Source of the DNA: an uncultured bacterium
GTDB taxonomy: Bacteria > Oederibacteriota > PGYV01 > CAWJRG01
Assembly: GCA_963845185.1 (NCBI GenBank)
Contig: CAWJRG010000005.1
Location: 740,867-804,866 of the forward strand
DNA length: 64,000 nt
Direction of reading: 5' to 3'
The position numbers and the translations under genes were made by a program. The notes under the pieces are model-generated. The model had not been told where the DNA came from and did not search any database. It was given only the letters and a program-made list of their open reading frames with translations. Below, one piece after another: positions 18,677 through 28,123 of the stretch (its first letter is position 1; every line of letters begins with the position of its first letter).

Positions 18677-19348
18677 TTAATTTAACTCAATATCTGTAAT
18701 CCGAATATCTACTGTATCTCCGTCAGGGCTTGTGAAATTCCAGTTGATATTGTGCGTGTTTTTCAATACGTCCTCAATTGATACTGTCTTTTTCGCCCAT
18801 TTTGGCTGTTTAAAATCCTTCCTTAAATCAATCTTAACAGTGGTCCAATCTTTTGCTAACTTCTTGTTTATTACTGTTTCAAAATCCGCCCAGTCAGTCA
18901 GGGTTTTCATGTCGTAAGAATCTTTCTGGCACTTGCTTTCCATGTAAGGGATCACTACGGTAAGCCTACCGCCCGAAATTTCGCCCTTGATTTTAAAAGA
19001 AAGCGTCGAGTACTGGCTTAAATCAACAGGTACTGCGGCAGGGCAGCCTGATTTTTCATTGATGGTCACTCCCATACCGATGAAATCCCATCCAAGTTTA
19101 TTTCCGGTCTGGCCTTTCATCCTCGCAGCGTAGCCCTTGCCGTTCTTCGCCATTTCAAATTTATTCGGTTCTGGCGCCACTGTCGAATCTCCGCCCAGGT
19201 TTGCGTCATTAAAAGTATACCACCATCCACCGCCAGAGGCCTGTGTTTGGCTGCCCGTTCCGTTGTCTATCACGAGCTTTTCCGCGGCATTCAAATTCAT
19301 TGCCGCAAACAGCATTGCTGCCATTGCAATTATCCAAAATTTTCTCAT
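18677..19348 (-). CDS. Secreted CBM11/CIA30-like (galactose-binding-like fold) protein
   Basis: Signal peptide, GGWWYTFND, DLSQYSTLSFKIKG, W...IDLRKDFKQPKW and DIRITDIEL. Clear paralog of the next gene. Confidence 0.7.
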   Translation of the reverse strand: MRKFWIIAMAAMLFAAMNLNAAEKLVIDNGTGSQTQASGGGWWYTFNDANLGGDSTVAPEPNKFEMAKNGKGYAARMKGQTGNKLGWDFIGMGVTINEKSGCPAAVPVDLSQYSTLSFKIKGEISGGRLTVVIPYMESKCQKDSYDMKTLTDWADFETVINKKLAKDWTTVKIDLRKDFKQPKWAKKTVSIEDVLKNTHNINWNFTSPDGDTVDIRITDIELN

Positions 19349-19422
19349 GTTTGTTTACCTCCTTTCCTTAGTATTTTTAAATCTTTTGTTTATCTTTGTT
19401 TCCGGCCGGGAAACTGATAACC

Positions 19423-20244
19423 TCAGTAGAACTCCAGCTTATCTATCCAAATATCAACCTTATGCCCGTCGCCGTTTTCATATTCCCACTTTATCAGATT
19501 TGCGTCTGAAAGGACTTTCTCTATATCAAACCTTTCGTCCGGCTTTACCCAGTCAGGCTGTTTTAAATCTTTCCTGAAATTTATTTTTACTTCTTTCCAG
19601 TCCGGGGTTATATTTTTTGTAATGTCTGCCTCATAATCGGCGTAACTTGTCAGGCTCTTGCAAATCCCCCTGCTCTTGTCTATTACTCGCGCTTCATGAG
19701 GCAGTATAAAAACAACTCTCCCACCCTCAACTTTGCCTTTTATCTTGAATTTTATTCCTGTAAACCTGCTCAGGTCGATTCCAATACACTCGGGACATGT
19801 GGCGTGCGGGCTTAAAAATGTGTTCACACCGATAAAATCATATTTAAGTTTTGTGCCGGCTGTGCCTGTTATCCTTATGGCGTATCCCTTGCCGCTTGAG
19901 CCGGGCGAACTTTTTACGAAATTATTTTCTCCCTTTGTGGAAGCAGGCGGCCATACTGTCGAATCCCCTCCATAATAATGGTCGTCATAAGTGCACCAGA
20001 TTCCGCCCAGTTCATTGAATTTGGTGTCAGTATTGTTATAATCTATTATCATATACGAGCTTACAGCGGCTATCGCAAGCACTACGGCAAAGGCAGGAAT
20101 GAGCTTTATCGCCAAAACCGTCTTTTTTGCCTGTTTTTTTGACTTTAAAACAAGGGCTTTCTTTATATATGCCTTATTCTTCGGCATTGTTATGTCATCC
20201 AGCGCCGCGTCTTCAATCTTTTTTATAAAATCCTTGCCTTCCAT
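19423..20244 (-). CDS. Putative anti-sigma factor with an extracytoplasmic CBM11/CIA30-like domain
   Basis: Short cytoplasmic N-terminus, one TM helix, then GGIWCTYDD...DLSRFTGIKFKIKG...DIWIDKLEFY. Lies directly downstream of the ECF sigma. Confidence 0.7.
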   Translation of the reverse strand: MEGKDFIKKIEDAALDDITMPKNKAYIKKALVLKSKKQAKKTVLAIKLIPAFAVVLAIAAVSSYMIIDYNNTDTKFNELGGIWCTYDDHYYGGDSTVWPPASTKGENNFVKSSPGSSGKGYAIRITGTAGTKLKYDFIGVNTFLSPHATCPECIGIDLSRFTGIKFKIKGKVEGGRVVFILPHEARVIDKSRGICKSLTSYADYEADITKNITPDWKEVKINFRKDLKQPDWVKPDERFDIEKVLSDANLIKWEYENGDGHKVDIWIDKLEFY

Positions 20245-20263
20245 TTTAATTCGCCTCCTTAGA

Positions 20264-20426
20264 GACCGTTAGTTTTGACGAACGTCAACAGTAGTCAAAT
20301 AGTCCTGTGGACTATTTGACGGGTAGTTTCCATACGTCATCTAATATCAATATAAAGACTACCCGTCAAAACCTTACGGGCTCTTGTACCCGCTCAAGTT
20401 CCAAACTTATTTGGAACAAGTGGTAG
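20264..20426 (+). repeat. Two-hairpin element copy with internal insertion, overlapping the sigma stop codon
   Basis: CCGTTAGTTTTGACG...CGTCAAAACCTTACGG followed by TACCCGCTCAAGTTCC-AAACTTATTT-GGAACAAGTGGTA. Confidence 0.8.
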
Positions 20427-21042
20427 TTCTATCTTTTATAATGCATGTGCCCTCAGAAGGTTGCACGCAGCCTGCTTCCACCTTTTTCCTGAGCATTTCA
20501 ACGCCCCTTGAGATAAGCGATTTTACAGTCCCTTCTTTTTTACCCAGTATTTCGCATATTTCAGTGATTTTCTTTTGTTCAAGGAACCTTAGCGCGAGCG
20601 TTTCCTGGTATTTTTGCGGCAGTTCAAACAGCGCATCCTTGATTGCTATATAATTCCGGTTGTTGTCGATCGCCGCCTGCGCCTCGGCTATTTCTTTTTC
20701 CAGATCGGCCTGCGATGCCGGTTCAGGCATATTGTTTTCTTCTATGGCCTGCTCAAGCGAAACCGGCTCGTATTTTTTCTTCCTGAAGTACTGGTTTACC
20801 TCGTTTGACGCTATTTTATAGAGCCATGCTGAAAAAGGCGCGCCGGTCCAGCGGAACTGCCAGAGATTTTTCAGCGCCCTGAAAAACACCTCGGAAGTGA
20901 TATCCCTGGCAGCCTCCGCGTTTCCCGTGCGGTGAAAATTATATCTGAGTATTTTCGGGTAGTATTCCTCAAATAATTTCGCGAATGCTTCCGGGTCTTT
21001 TTTTGATTTCTCTACGAGCTGCTTTTCAGCCGCCCTGTCCAT
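20407..21042 (-). CDS. ECF (group 4) RNA polymerase sigma factor
   Basis: Region 2 AFAKLFEEY...ARDITSEVF...FSAWLYKIASN and region 4 ELPQKYQETLALRF...EILGKKEGTVKSLISRG. ATG at 21042 follows a GGAGG RBS. Confidence 0.93.
   Translation of the reverse strand: MDRAAEKQLVEKSKKDPEAFAKLFEEYYPKILRYNFHRTGNAEAARDITSEVFFRALKNLWQFRWTGAPFSAWLYKIASNEVNQYFRKKKYEPVSLEQAIEENNMPEPASQADLEKEIAEAQAAIDNNRNYIAIKDALFELPQKYQETLALRFLEQKKITEICEILGKKEGTVKSLISRGVEMLRKKVEAGCVQPSEGTCIIKDRTTTCSK
20437..20465 (-). promoter_or_regulatory. Putative ECF promoter inside the 3' end of the sigma gene
   Basis: TGCAACCTT-N11-TGCATTATA, with the same boxes and spacing as the copy at 21100-21128. Confidence 0.6.
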
Positions 21043-21099
21043 GCGTGCCTCCGAGGTTTGGCGCTTCAAAAGGTTTGTTATTTATATGCCTTCAAATAG

Positions 21100-21128
21100 T
21101 ATAATACAAAAGGTGAAAAAAGGTTGCA
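21100..21128 (-). promoter_or_regulatory. Putative autoregulatory ECF promoter
   Basis: TGCAACCTT-N11-TGTATTATA upstream of the sigma gene. An AAC-containing -35 is typical of ECF promoters. Confidence 0.65.
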
Positions 21129-21263
21129 TTTTAAACCGTAGAAAATTAACTTTATTGAAAATATGAGGTGCCGGCAAGATAAAAATCTTGGGTAAAAAGG
21201 TTCTGATATTTTTACTTTTTAACAAAATTTATCTAAATATTACTTGATGCCTTTAAGACTCCG

Positions 21264-23690
21264 TTATTTGCCCCGAATCTCCCTGATTTTGTCATATGCC
21301 TGCTTGATTCCCAATTCTTCTGCCTTGTTTAAATCTTCAATCGCTCCTTGCCTGTCGCCTAATTTATCTTTAACAACCCCGCAGTTATAATAGGCCTCGG
21401 CGTAATCAGGGTTGATTTTTATCGCTTCATCGTAATCTTTGACAGCGCCTGAATAGTCGTTTAAACTGTATTCAGCATTTGCCCGGTTGTTATAAGCCGA
21501 CGCATACTCCGGGTTAAGTTCTATTGCCTTGGTGTAATCATTAATCGCTTCTTTATAATTTCCCAGTTTCTTTTTTGCAACCCCGCGGTCCAGATACGCC
21601 TCCGCGTACTCCGGGTCAAGCTCAATTGCCCTGGTAAAATCCTGGATTGCCCCTGTGTTGTCGCCTGTTTTAAATTTGATATCTCCTGTTGAAAGGTATT
21701 TTTTCGCTTCATTATTATCCGGGCTGGCCTGCCCGGCAACCTGCGTATCATGGCCGCCGTATTTTTTTGTATTTTCAAACATTTCCTTTGCCATTGCTGA
21801 ATTTCCGTCCTTTGAATAAACCTCGCCAAGCTCCTGATAAGCTTCCCAAAAATTTTCTTTTAACCCAATAGCTTTTTTCAAATACTTTATCTGGTAATCC
21901 TTGTCATTTAAATCCTTATAAATATAAGACAACTTATAGTAAAATATCGGTTCATTTGCTTTCATTTCATCCTTAAAAGGGAAACACATGGCCTTTTTGT
22001 AAATCTGCAGTGCTCCTGACAGATCTTTATCGTACAAAAGCTCAATACCTTGCTGCAGCATACAGGAAAGATAGGCTATAACAAGTTCTGAAGTTAATCT
22101 GCTATGTTCAATATATTTATCATATAATCCCCGGTTATAAGAATAAAGTTCATATATTGCCGGTGACATTGGTTTATTGATTTTTAAGTATTCCTGCAGC
22201 AACCCTGTTTGTTTTAAATTATATCCCTTTAACATCGAATATGTACTTTTGAATATGTCTATATTATTTCCGGCATAATAAGAAATAATATTATTTAAAT
22301 TGTACCCCGGGTCATTTTCTTTCAGGGCAATATTCCCGTATTTTTTGGCAAAATTATCTATTCCCCATTTAAAAGCCAAAGGCTCTACAGGCATAAATTT
22401 TATATCCTGCCTTTGTTTTTCAATTATTTGAATGTAATAAAGCGGCATAATATAATTATCGCCCTCGCAAAGATATAAGCTGTTTTTGCTCATGGTTTTT
22501 AAAATATTATTGCCGAAATCATACGCCTGATAATTGTACCTGTTGTTGTTGTTTTCGAAATTTTTATATCCAATAAATACTATCAGCAGGGATATTAAGG
22601 CTAAAAAAATATATCTGAAGGCCCTCCGGGTGAAAAATCCCAAAATAAAATAAATGGCGGAAATAATAAATAACATCAAAATATACTGGGACGGCATGAG
22701 AAAAATATCGGTACTCCACATCGTGACTTCTTCGCCGCGGTTGATAATAACAACCACAAAACTGATTATCAGAAAAGCACTTGTATAAAAGTAAAAAAGA
22801 TTTTTGCTTTTCCTGTGCATAAAATAGCCGCCTGCAAATATTAAAACCCAGAAAATGGAATAATTATTTAACAAAAGCGTGAAAAACTCTTTTATTTGAT
22901 ATTCATATAAATGCAGACTTGGAGGCGGGACAAGGCCGTTGTACCCGGCCCTGAATATTGTCCACCAGAAATTTTCCCAGGTGTTTGGCCTTGCCATAAA
23001 AATAAAAATATTGTCTGTGCCGGATCTTAAAGGCAGGTAAAGATAGGGGCTTAGCCCTGCAAGCAGGAGTAATGCTGCTGTTATAATATTTTTCAGATTT
23101 ACTTCCGCCCTGTATTTAAAACCCAAATATCCGAATACTGGCAAAAGTATTATCATGCTAGGCCAGTGGTTTGCAAGCGAAAGCCCGTAAATAAACGATA
23201 TAAAATATGGATATTTTACAGTAAATCCGCTAAACAGTTCTGCGCTAAAATATAGCAATATTGCGAAAAATAAAAGGTTCAATATATATATCCCGCCCTT
23301 TGCCTCTGTTGCCTGGTTCCAGAAAATATAGGAAAAAGCGAGTATAAAAACTCCAAGGAAATTTACTGTTTTATTCTCATAACTCAAAATATGTAAACTA
23401 ATTTTTTTAATAATAAAATACGATAATAACAGGACTATCATTGCCAGAAATATTGCAAACGAGTTTACCCTGAAGGCCGGCGAGCCAACAGGCAATAAAG
23501 AAAACACCTTGCCAGCCATTGTAAAAAGCGGGTATCCTGGCGGGTGGCTTATTCCAAGGGTATATGCGGATGTTATTGTTTCGGGTGAATCGTCGTTTTT
23601 AAACACGGGAAACATTGTGTAAAGGTACAATTGCGATATTACAATTAAGCATCCTGATAATATTATAACTTCCCTGTATTTTTTAATCAT
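21264..23690 (-). CDS. DUF2723/TMEM260-like GT-C glycosyltransferase with C-terminal TPRs
   Basis: DDSPETI...LGISHPPGYPLF, FWNQATEAK, GLSLANHW, YLYLPLRS and EGDN motifs, multiple TM helices, and C-terminal TPRs. Confidence 0.85.
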   Translation of the reverse strand: MIKKYREVIILSGCLIVISQLYLYTMFPVFKNDDSPETITSAYTLGISHPPGYPLFTMAGKVFSLLPVGSPAFRVNSFAIFLAMIVLLLSYFIIKKISLHILSYENKTVNFLGVFILAFSYIFWNQATEAKGGIYILNLLFFAILLYFSAELFSGFTVKYPYFISFIYGLSLANHWPSMIILLPVFGYLGFKYRAEVNLKNIITAALLLLAGLSPYLYLPLRSGTDNIFIFMARPNTWENFWWTIFRAGYNGLVPPPSLHLYEYQIKEFFTLLLNNYSIFWVLIFAGGYFMHRKSKNLFYFYTSAFLIISFVVVIINRGEEVTMWSTDIFLMPSQYILMLFIISAIYFILGFFTRRAFRYIFLALISLLIVFIGYKNFENNNNRYNYQAYDFGNNILKTMSKNSLYLCEGDNYIMPLYYIQIIEKQRQDIKFMPVEPLAFKWGIDNFAKKYGNIALKENDPGYNLNNIISYYAGNNIDIFKSTYSMLKGYNLKQTGLLQEYLKINKPMSPAIYELYSYNRGLYDKYIEHSRLTSELVIAYLSCMLQQGIELLYDKDLSGALQIYKKAMCFPFKDEMKANEPIFYYKLSYIYKDLNDKDYQIKYLKKAIGLKENFWEAYQELGEVYSKDGNSAMAKEMFENTKKYGGHDTQVAGQASPDNNEAKKYLSTGDIKFKTGDNTGAIQDFTRAIELDPEYAEAYLDRGVAKKKLGNYKEAINDYTKAIELNPEYASAYNNRANAEYSLNDYSGAVKDYDEAIKINPDYAEAYYNCGVVKDKLGDRQGAIEDLNKAEELGIKQAYDKIREIRGK

Positions 23691-23765
23691 TTTTGCCCTT
23701 TTATGTTTTACATTAATATTTATTAATGTACTTCCAAACCCCGCGTTCTTTTCTTTGCAGCCAGC

Positions 23766-25157
23766 CTATATTTTAATGACTACCGTCGTCCCCTGGTTTT
23801 CCTTGCTTTCTATTGAAATTTCGCCTTTGTGTATTTCTTTGATTATTTTATAAGATATGGCAAGGCCAAGGCCGGTGCCTTCGCGCTTTGCTGTAAAAAA
23901 CGGCTGGAATATTTTTTCCTTTAAATTCGCCGGGATTCCTTTGCCGTTGTCCTTTATTGTAATCTCTGCTTTTCCGTCCGCACTTTTTATTGTAATCTCT
24001 ATTTGTTTTTCCTTTTTTTCTATTGCCTGAAAAGCATTCATTATCACGTTATACAATGCCCTTTTAATCAAATACGGGTCTGCATTTGCCTCGACAGCAC
24101 CTTCCATGCCTGTTATTTTGACAACAGCTTTAACTTCAACCGGTAATTCAGCCATTGTTTCGTTTACCAGCTTTACAGGGTCAATTTTTTGCATGTCAGG
24201 CGTGAATTCCTTTGTGTAGGTAAGAAAATTATTCAGGAACCCGCTCATTTTCATTGCGTTCCTTATTATGTCGTCGGCGTTCTTCTTGATTTTTTCATCC
24301 TTTGCTTTTTCCTTTATGAGCTCCGCATAGCCGGAAAGCACGCTCAGGGAATTCCTCATCTCGTGGGCAACTCCGGCGGAGAATTCGCCGACCGTCGCCA
24401 TTTTTTCCTTGTTTTCTATATAAGTTTTTAATTCATTTTTCATGCCGTCAAGGGTACCTGCCAGGATTTGTATTTCTTCCTCACCTTTCACCTCTATGTT
24501 TTCATCAAAATTCCTTTTTGCTATTTCCTCGGCTTTTTTCTTAAGCCTTATAATCGACCTTGTCATGCCGGACGATATTACAAATGCCAGGCCTAGAGCA
24601 ACAAGAAAGCTTATGAACCCCAGGGTAATGAGGAAATTTTTATACTGGTTTATATATTTTATATACTCGACGCTTGCCTCGACGCCTATTATACCCAGGG
24701 TTTTCCCTGCAAAATCAAGCGGTACATAACCCGTCTTGTAAAATTCTCCTTTTGCCCCCCTGTATAACGGAGTCGAAACAGCCTCGCCCTTTAATGCCCT
24801 GTTTATTTCATAAGTGTCAAGCTGTACGAAAAACTTGTCGCTTTCATCAAGGGTTGAAAGTAATATTTTTTTATTTGCGTCTATTAAAAATATATCCCTG
24901 ACTAAAGTTATATCCCTTAATTTTTTCAGTTTTTCCAGGTAACCTGCGTATATTTTGCCTTTTAACTGCAGGTATTGCAGGTCATCCGGGTTTACTGTTT
25001 CTTTTATTATCCTGCCTGCTGTCAGCAGGCGGTTTTCCATCTCGGTTTCAAGGTTGTTCTTTATCATGTTGTATGTAATAAACCCGTAAAACCCGATTAT
25101 TATAATGAAGGACGCAAGGAAATATATTATGACCTTCCCGCGAATTGTCTTGAACAT
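23766..25157 (-). CDS. Sensor histidine kinase (2 TM, HAMP, HisKA, HATPase)
   Basis: H-box AHEMRNSL, N-box NVIMNAFQA, DNGKGI, FQPFFT and GTGLGL. Confidence 0.93.
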   Translation of the reverse strand: MFKTIRGKVIIYFLASFIIIIGFYGFITYNMIKNNLETEMENRLLTAGRIIKETVNPDDLQYLQLKGKIYAGYLEKLKKLRDITLVRDIFLIDANKKILLSTLDESDKFFVQLDTYEINRALKGEAVSTPLYRGAKGEFYKTGYVPLDFAGKTLGIIGVEASVEYIKYINQYKNFLITLGFISFLVALGLAFVISSGMTRSIIRLKKKAEEIAKRNFDENIEVKGEEEIQILAGTLDGMKNELKTYIENKEKMATVGEFSAGVAHEMRNSLSVLSGYAELIKEKAKDEKIKKNADDIIRNAMKMSGFLNNFLTYTKEFTPDMQKIDPVKLVNETMAELPVEVKAVVKITGMEGAVEANADPYLIKRALYNVIMNAFQAIEKKEKQIEITIKSADGKAEITIKDNGKGIPANLKEKIFQPFFTAKREGTGLGLAISYKIIKEIHKGEISIESKENQGTTVVIKI

Positions 25158-25159
25158 TT

Positions 25160-26941
25160 TCAGACACCCCTGAATTTTTTTATTATTTCTTCTTTCTGCT
25201 TTTTACTTAAAAACGATGCTCTCTTATCGCCTTCGTCGATTGCCTTAATCAAATCATCCTTGTCCCTGAATTCGTTATAAAGCCGGTATTTTATTTTCTC
25301 GCCGATATACGGTATATCATCAAAAATCGATTTTTTCAATTTCTTATTGGCAAGCAGCGTCTGGTACGAAAGAGCAAACCTATGCGCCTCGTCCCTGACC
25401 CTCTGCAGCAAAAACCGCGCCTTTTCCGTTATTGGCACCGGCTTATTTTCGCCCGGCTTATAAACAAGTTCCTCTTTTTTCGCAAGGCCTATTATTTCCA
25501 CGTCCTCTATGCCCGTGAGCGACAGCGCTTCTTTTGCAGCGTTTACCTGGCCTATGCCGCCATCTATGAGTATCAGGTCCGGGAATTTCGCGTCCTCTTT
25601 CAGCATTCTGCTGTAGCGCCTCATCACAACCTCGCTTATTGACCTGTAATCATCCACGCCTGTTACGGTCTTTACCTTATAACGCCTGTATAAATTCTTG
25701 TCCGGCACGCCGTTTTTAAACACTACGCATGACGCCACGAGGTTTTCGCCCTGAAGGTGCGATACGTCAATGCCTTCTATTGTAAGCGGCGTCTTTTTCA
25801 TGTAGAGGTTTTCGCCGAGTTCTTTTATTGCCTCTGCTGTTTTTTCCTTTGATTTTTCCTTCTGCTCCGTGATTTTCTCGTGCTGTTTTATTCTCTCCTC
25901 GATATTTTCCCGCGCCATTTTTAAAAGGTTGTCGCGCTTTTTAAAAATCGGCTTTATGCCTTTGTTCTTGAATATCTCGCCTGCTATATCCGGCTTTACG
26001 CTGCCATCAGCCAGTATAACTTCCTCGGGATATGAGATGCGCCTGCTGTAATACTGGTAAAGATAAAGCTCAAAAGCGCCTTCTTCCCCGCCTGTTTCTG
26101 AAAAAACGTCTATTTTCTTTCCTATCAGCCTGCCGGAGCGTATGCTCAGGACACAGAAATAATGAACATTGTCCCTATATAAGTAATCAATGACGTCAAT
26201 ATTTTTGTCCTCTGTGTCCACTACCTTCTGTTCGCTCATTATTGCCTCAACAGCCTTTATGGCATCGCGGGCCTCCGCGGCTTTCTCGTATTCCTGCTTT
26301 TCGGAATAATCGTCCATTTGTTTTTGAAGGTTATCGCGCACTGCCCTGTAACTGCCGTTTAAAAAACTCCTTACTTCCTTTATTGACTGTTTATACGCCT
26401 CATCTGATATGAACCTTACGCAGGGCGCTGAGCAGACTCCTGTGTCGTAATATATACACGGACGTGAAAGCTGCTTTTTCTCAAACTCGTATGTGCACTG
26501 CCTGATTTTAAATGCCCTGTAAATGAGCTGGACAACTTTTTTCGCGTCTTCCGGGATAAACGGCCCGTAATAGATGGCATCCTTGTCTTTTGTCACTCGC
26601 GTTATGTAAACGCCAGGGTATTTCTCACCTGTTGTTATTTTGATGAATGGGTATGATTTATCGTCCTTTAAGAGTATGTTGTAATGCGGTTTGTGCTGTT
26701 TGATGAGGGAGTTTTCGAGCAAAAACGCCTCAATTTCGTTTTTAGTTACTATATAGTCCATATCTTTTACCTGTCCGGACAGTATTTCTGTCTTTATGTC
26801 CTTTTTGCCATGCTGAAAATATGACCGAACCCTGTTTTTAAGCACATTTGCCTTGCCTACATATATGACTTCCCCGGCTGTATTTTTAAAAATATAAACA
26901 CCTGGCTTTTGGGGGAGTGTATCTATTTTTTCTTTTTCCAT
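25160..26941 (-). CDS. uvrC: Excinuclease ABC subunit C
   Basis: GIY-YIG motif PGVYIF...IYVGKA, DDKSYP, DVSH, DGGIGQ and RDEAHRFA. Confidence 0.97.
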   Translation of the reverse strand: MEKEKIDTLPQKPGVYIFKNTAGEVIYVGKANVLKNRVRSYFQHGKKDIKTEILSGQVKDMDYIVTKNEIEAFLLENSLIKQHKPHYNILLKDDKSYPFIKITTGEKYPGVYITRVTKDKDAIYYGPFIPEDAKKVVQLIYRAFKIRQCTYEFEKKQLSRPCIYYDTGVCSAPCVRFISDEAYKQSIKEVRSFLNGSYRAVRDNLQKQMDDYSEKQEYEKAAEARDAIKAVEAIMSEQKVVDTEDKNIDVIDYLYRDNVHYFCVLSIRSGRLIGKKIDVFSETGGEEGAFELYLYQYYSRRISYPEEVILADGSVKPDIAGEIFKNKGIKPIFKKRDNLLKMARENIEERIKQHEKITEQKEKSKEKTAEAIKELGENLYMKKTPLTIEGIDVSHLQGENLVASCVVFKNGVPDKNLYRRYKVKTVTGVDDYRSISEVVMRRYSRMLKEDAKFPDLILIDGGIGQVNAAKEALSLTGIEDVEIIGLAKKEELVYKPGENKPVPITEKARFLLQRVRDEAHRFALSYQTLLANKKLKKSIFDDIPYIGEKIKYRLYNEFRDKDDLIKAIDEGDKRASFLSKKQKEEIIKKFRGV

Positions 26942-26963
26942 TATTTTTGCTCCGCATCCCGTT

Positions 26964-27644
26964 TCATTTAATGCACATATAATTCGCAAAGCAGTCTTCT
27001 TTATTCAGTACTTTAATTTTAAACCCCGCTTCTTTCAGCATCCTTTCTATTGCCCAGTCAAAAGTTTCATATTCATCCCTGATGGACTCATATATTGCTT
27101 TCTTTGAAATGCCTTTTTCCATCTTTTTTATCCATTTTTTTAATTTTTCCCTATATTTTCCGGCCGGAAATGTGTAAATGACATCTCCCAGCCAGAACCT
27201 GCCACCTTTCTTCAGTATGGAATAAATATTGAGGATAGCGACCTGCTTCCAGAAATCCGGCAGATGGTGCATAGCCGCGTTTGTGTAAATAATATCATAT
27301 TTAATTTTAGGCCTGTAACTCAGGAAGCTCCCCTTGATAAATTTAATATTCCTTATTTTCAGCTCTTTTGCATTTTTTACGGCATATTTCAGCATGGTTT
27401 GTGATATATCAACCCCGTGTATTTCCCTGCAAAAAGGCGCAAGACCAAGCGCCAGCCTGCCCGTGCCTGTCCCGAGTTCTAAAACAATATGGCTTTTTTT
27501 TATTTTGAGTTTTTCTCTTAAATTATTAACTTCAGACTTAATATCCCTGATTTTAATCATGCCTGCATCATAACCGGCGACTATTCTTTCATTTTCATAG
27601 TTTGTCCCTGTTTGCTTTAAGTCGTTGTAAAACCATTCTTCCAT
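26964..27644 (-). CDS. Class I SAM-dependent methyltransferase
   Basis: VLELGTGTG, GVDISQTML, AMHHLPD and LKKGG motifs. Confidence 0.9.
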   Translation of the reverse strand: MEEWFYNDLKQTGTNYENERIVAGYDAGMIKIRDIKSEVNNLREKLKIKKSHIVLELGTGTGRLALGLAPFCREIHGVDISQTMLKYAVKNAKELKIRNIKFIKGSFLSYRPKIKYDIIYTNAAMHHLPDFWKQVAILNIYSILKKGGRFWLGDVIYTFPAGKYREKLKKWIKKMEKGISKKAIYESIRDEYETFDWAIERMLKEAGFKIKVLNKEDCFANYMCIK

Positions 27645-27701
27645 AAAGTTTCTCCTTTTAAAACCATTATACTTGATTTTAAAAACATATTAAAGTTATT
27701 T

Positions 27702-27729
27702 GTAGAGACACGCCATGGCGTGTCTCTAC
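27702..27729. repeat. Perfect 28-bp GTAG-type REP-like palindrome
   Basis: GTAGAGACACGCCATGGCGTGTCTCTAC. Confidence 0.75.
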
Positions 27730-27837
27730 CTTAAAAAATGCATTATCAACCACCGTCTTATTTGTTGATAATTTCTATTTATTCCTTTGATTTTTTATGT
27801 ATAATATTGTTGAACATTTATGAAAGGCGGTGAATTT

Positions 27838-28044
27838 ATGGCAGAAGAAGAAAAGAAACCTGAAGAAAATCCAGTACCGGCAGCAGATGCCCCAAAGCAG
27901 CCGGAAGGCCACGAGCCGGAAGTTTTCAAGAAAAAGCATGAACATCCATGGCAGAAGTTCCAGAAAACTAACGCCACTTTCAAAAAAAACATGTCAAATA
28001 AAGCGGCAAGGTTTATGCAGCGCAAATCCGGAAAAGGCGGATGA
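27838..28044 (+). CDS. Small hypothetical protein with acidic N-terminus and basic C-terminus
   Basis: GGCGGTG RBS before the ATG at 27838. Translates to MAEEEKK...FMQRKSGKGG. Confidence 0.65.
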   Translation: MAEEEKKPEENPVPAADAPKQPEGHEPEVFKKKHEHPWQKFQKTNATFKKNMSNKAARFMQRKSGKGG

Positions 28045-28123
28045 TAAATACCTGACTATTCAGGGTTTCAATAAATTATATGTTTTGGAGTTAAACTGCG
28101 GGTGCCGTCAAGGAGGAAAATAG

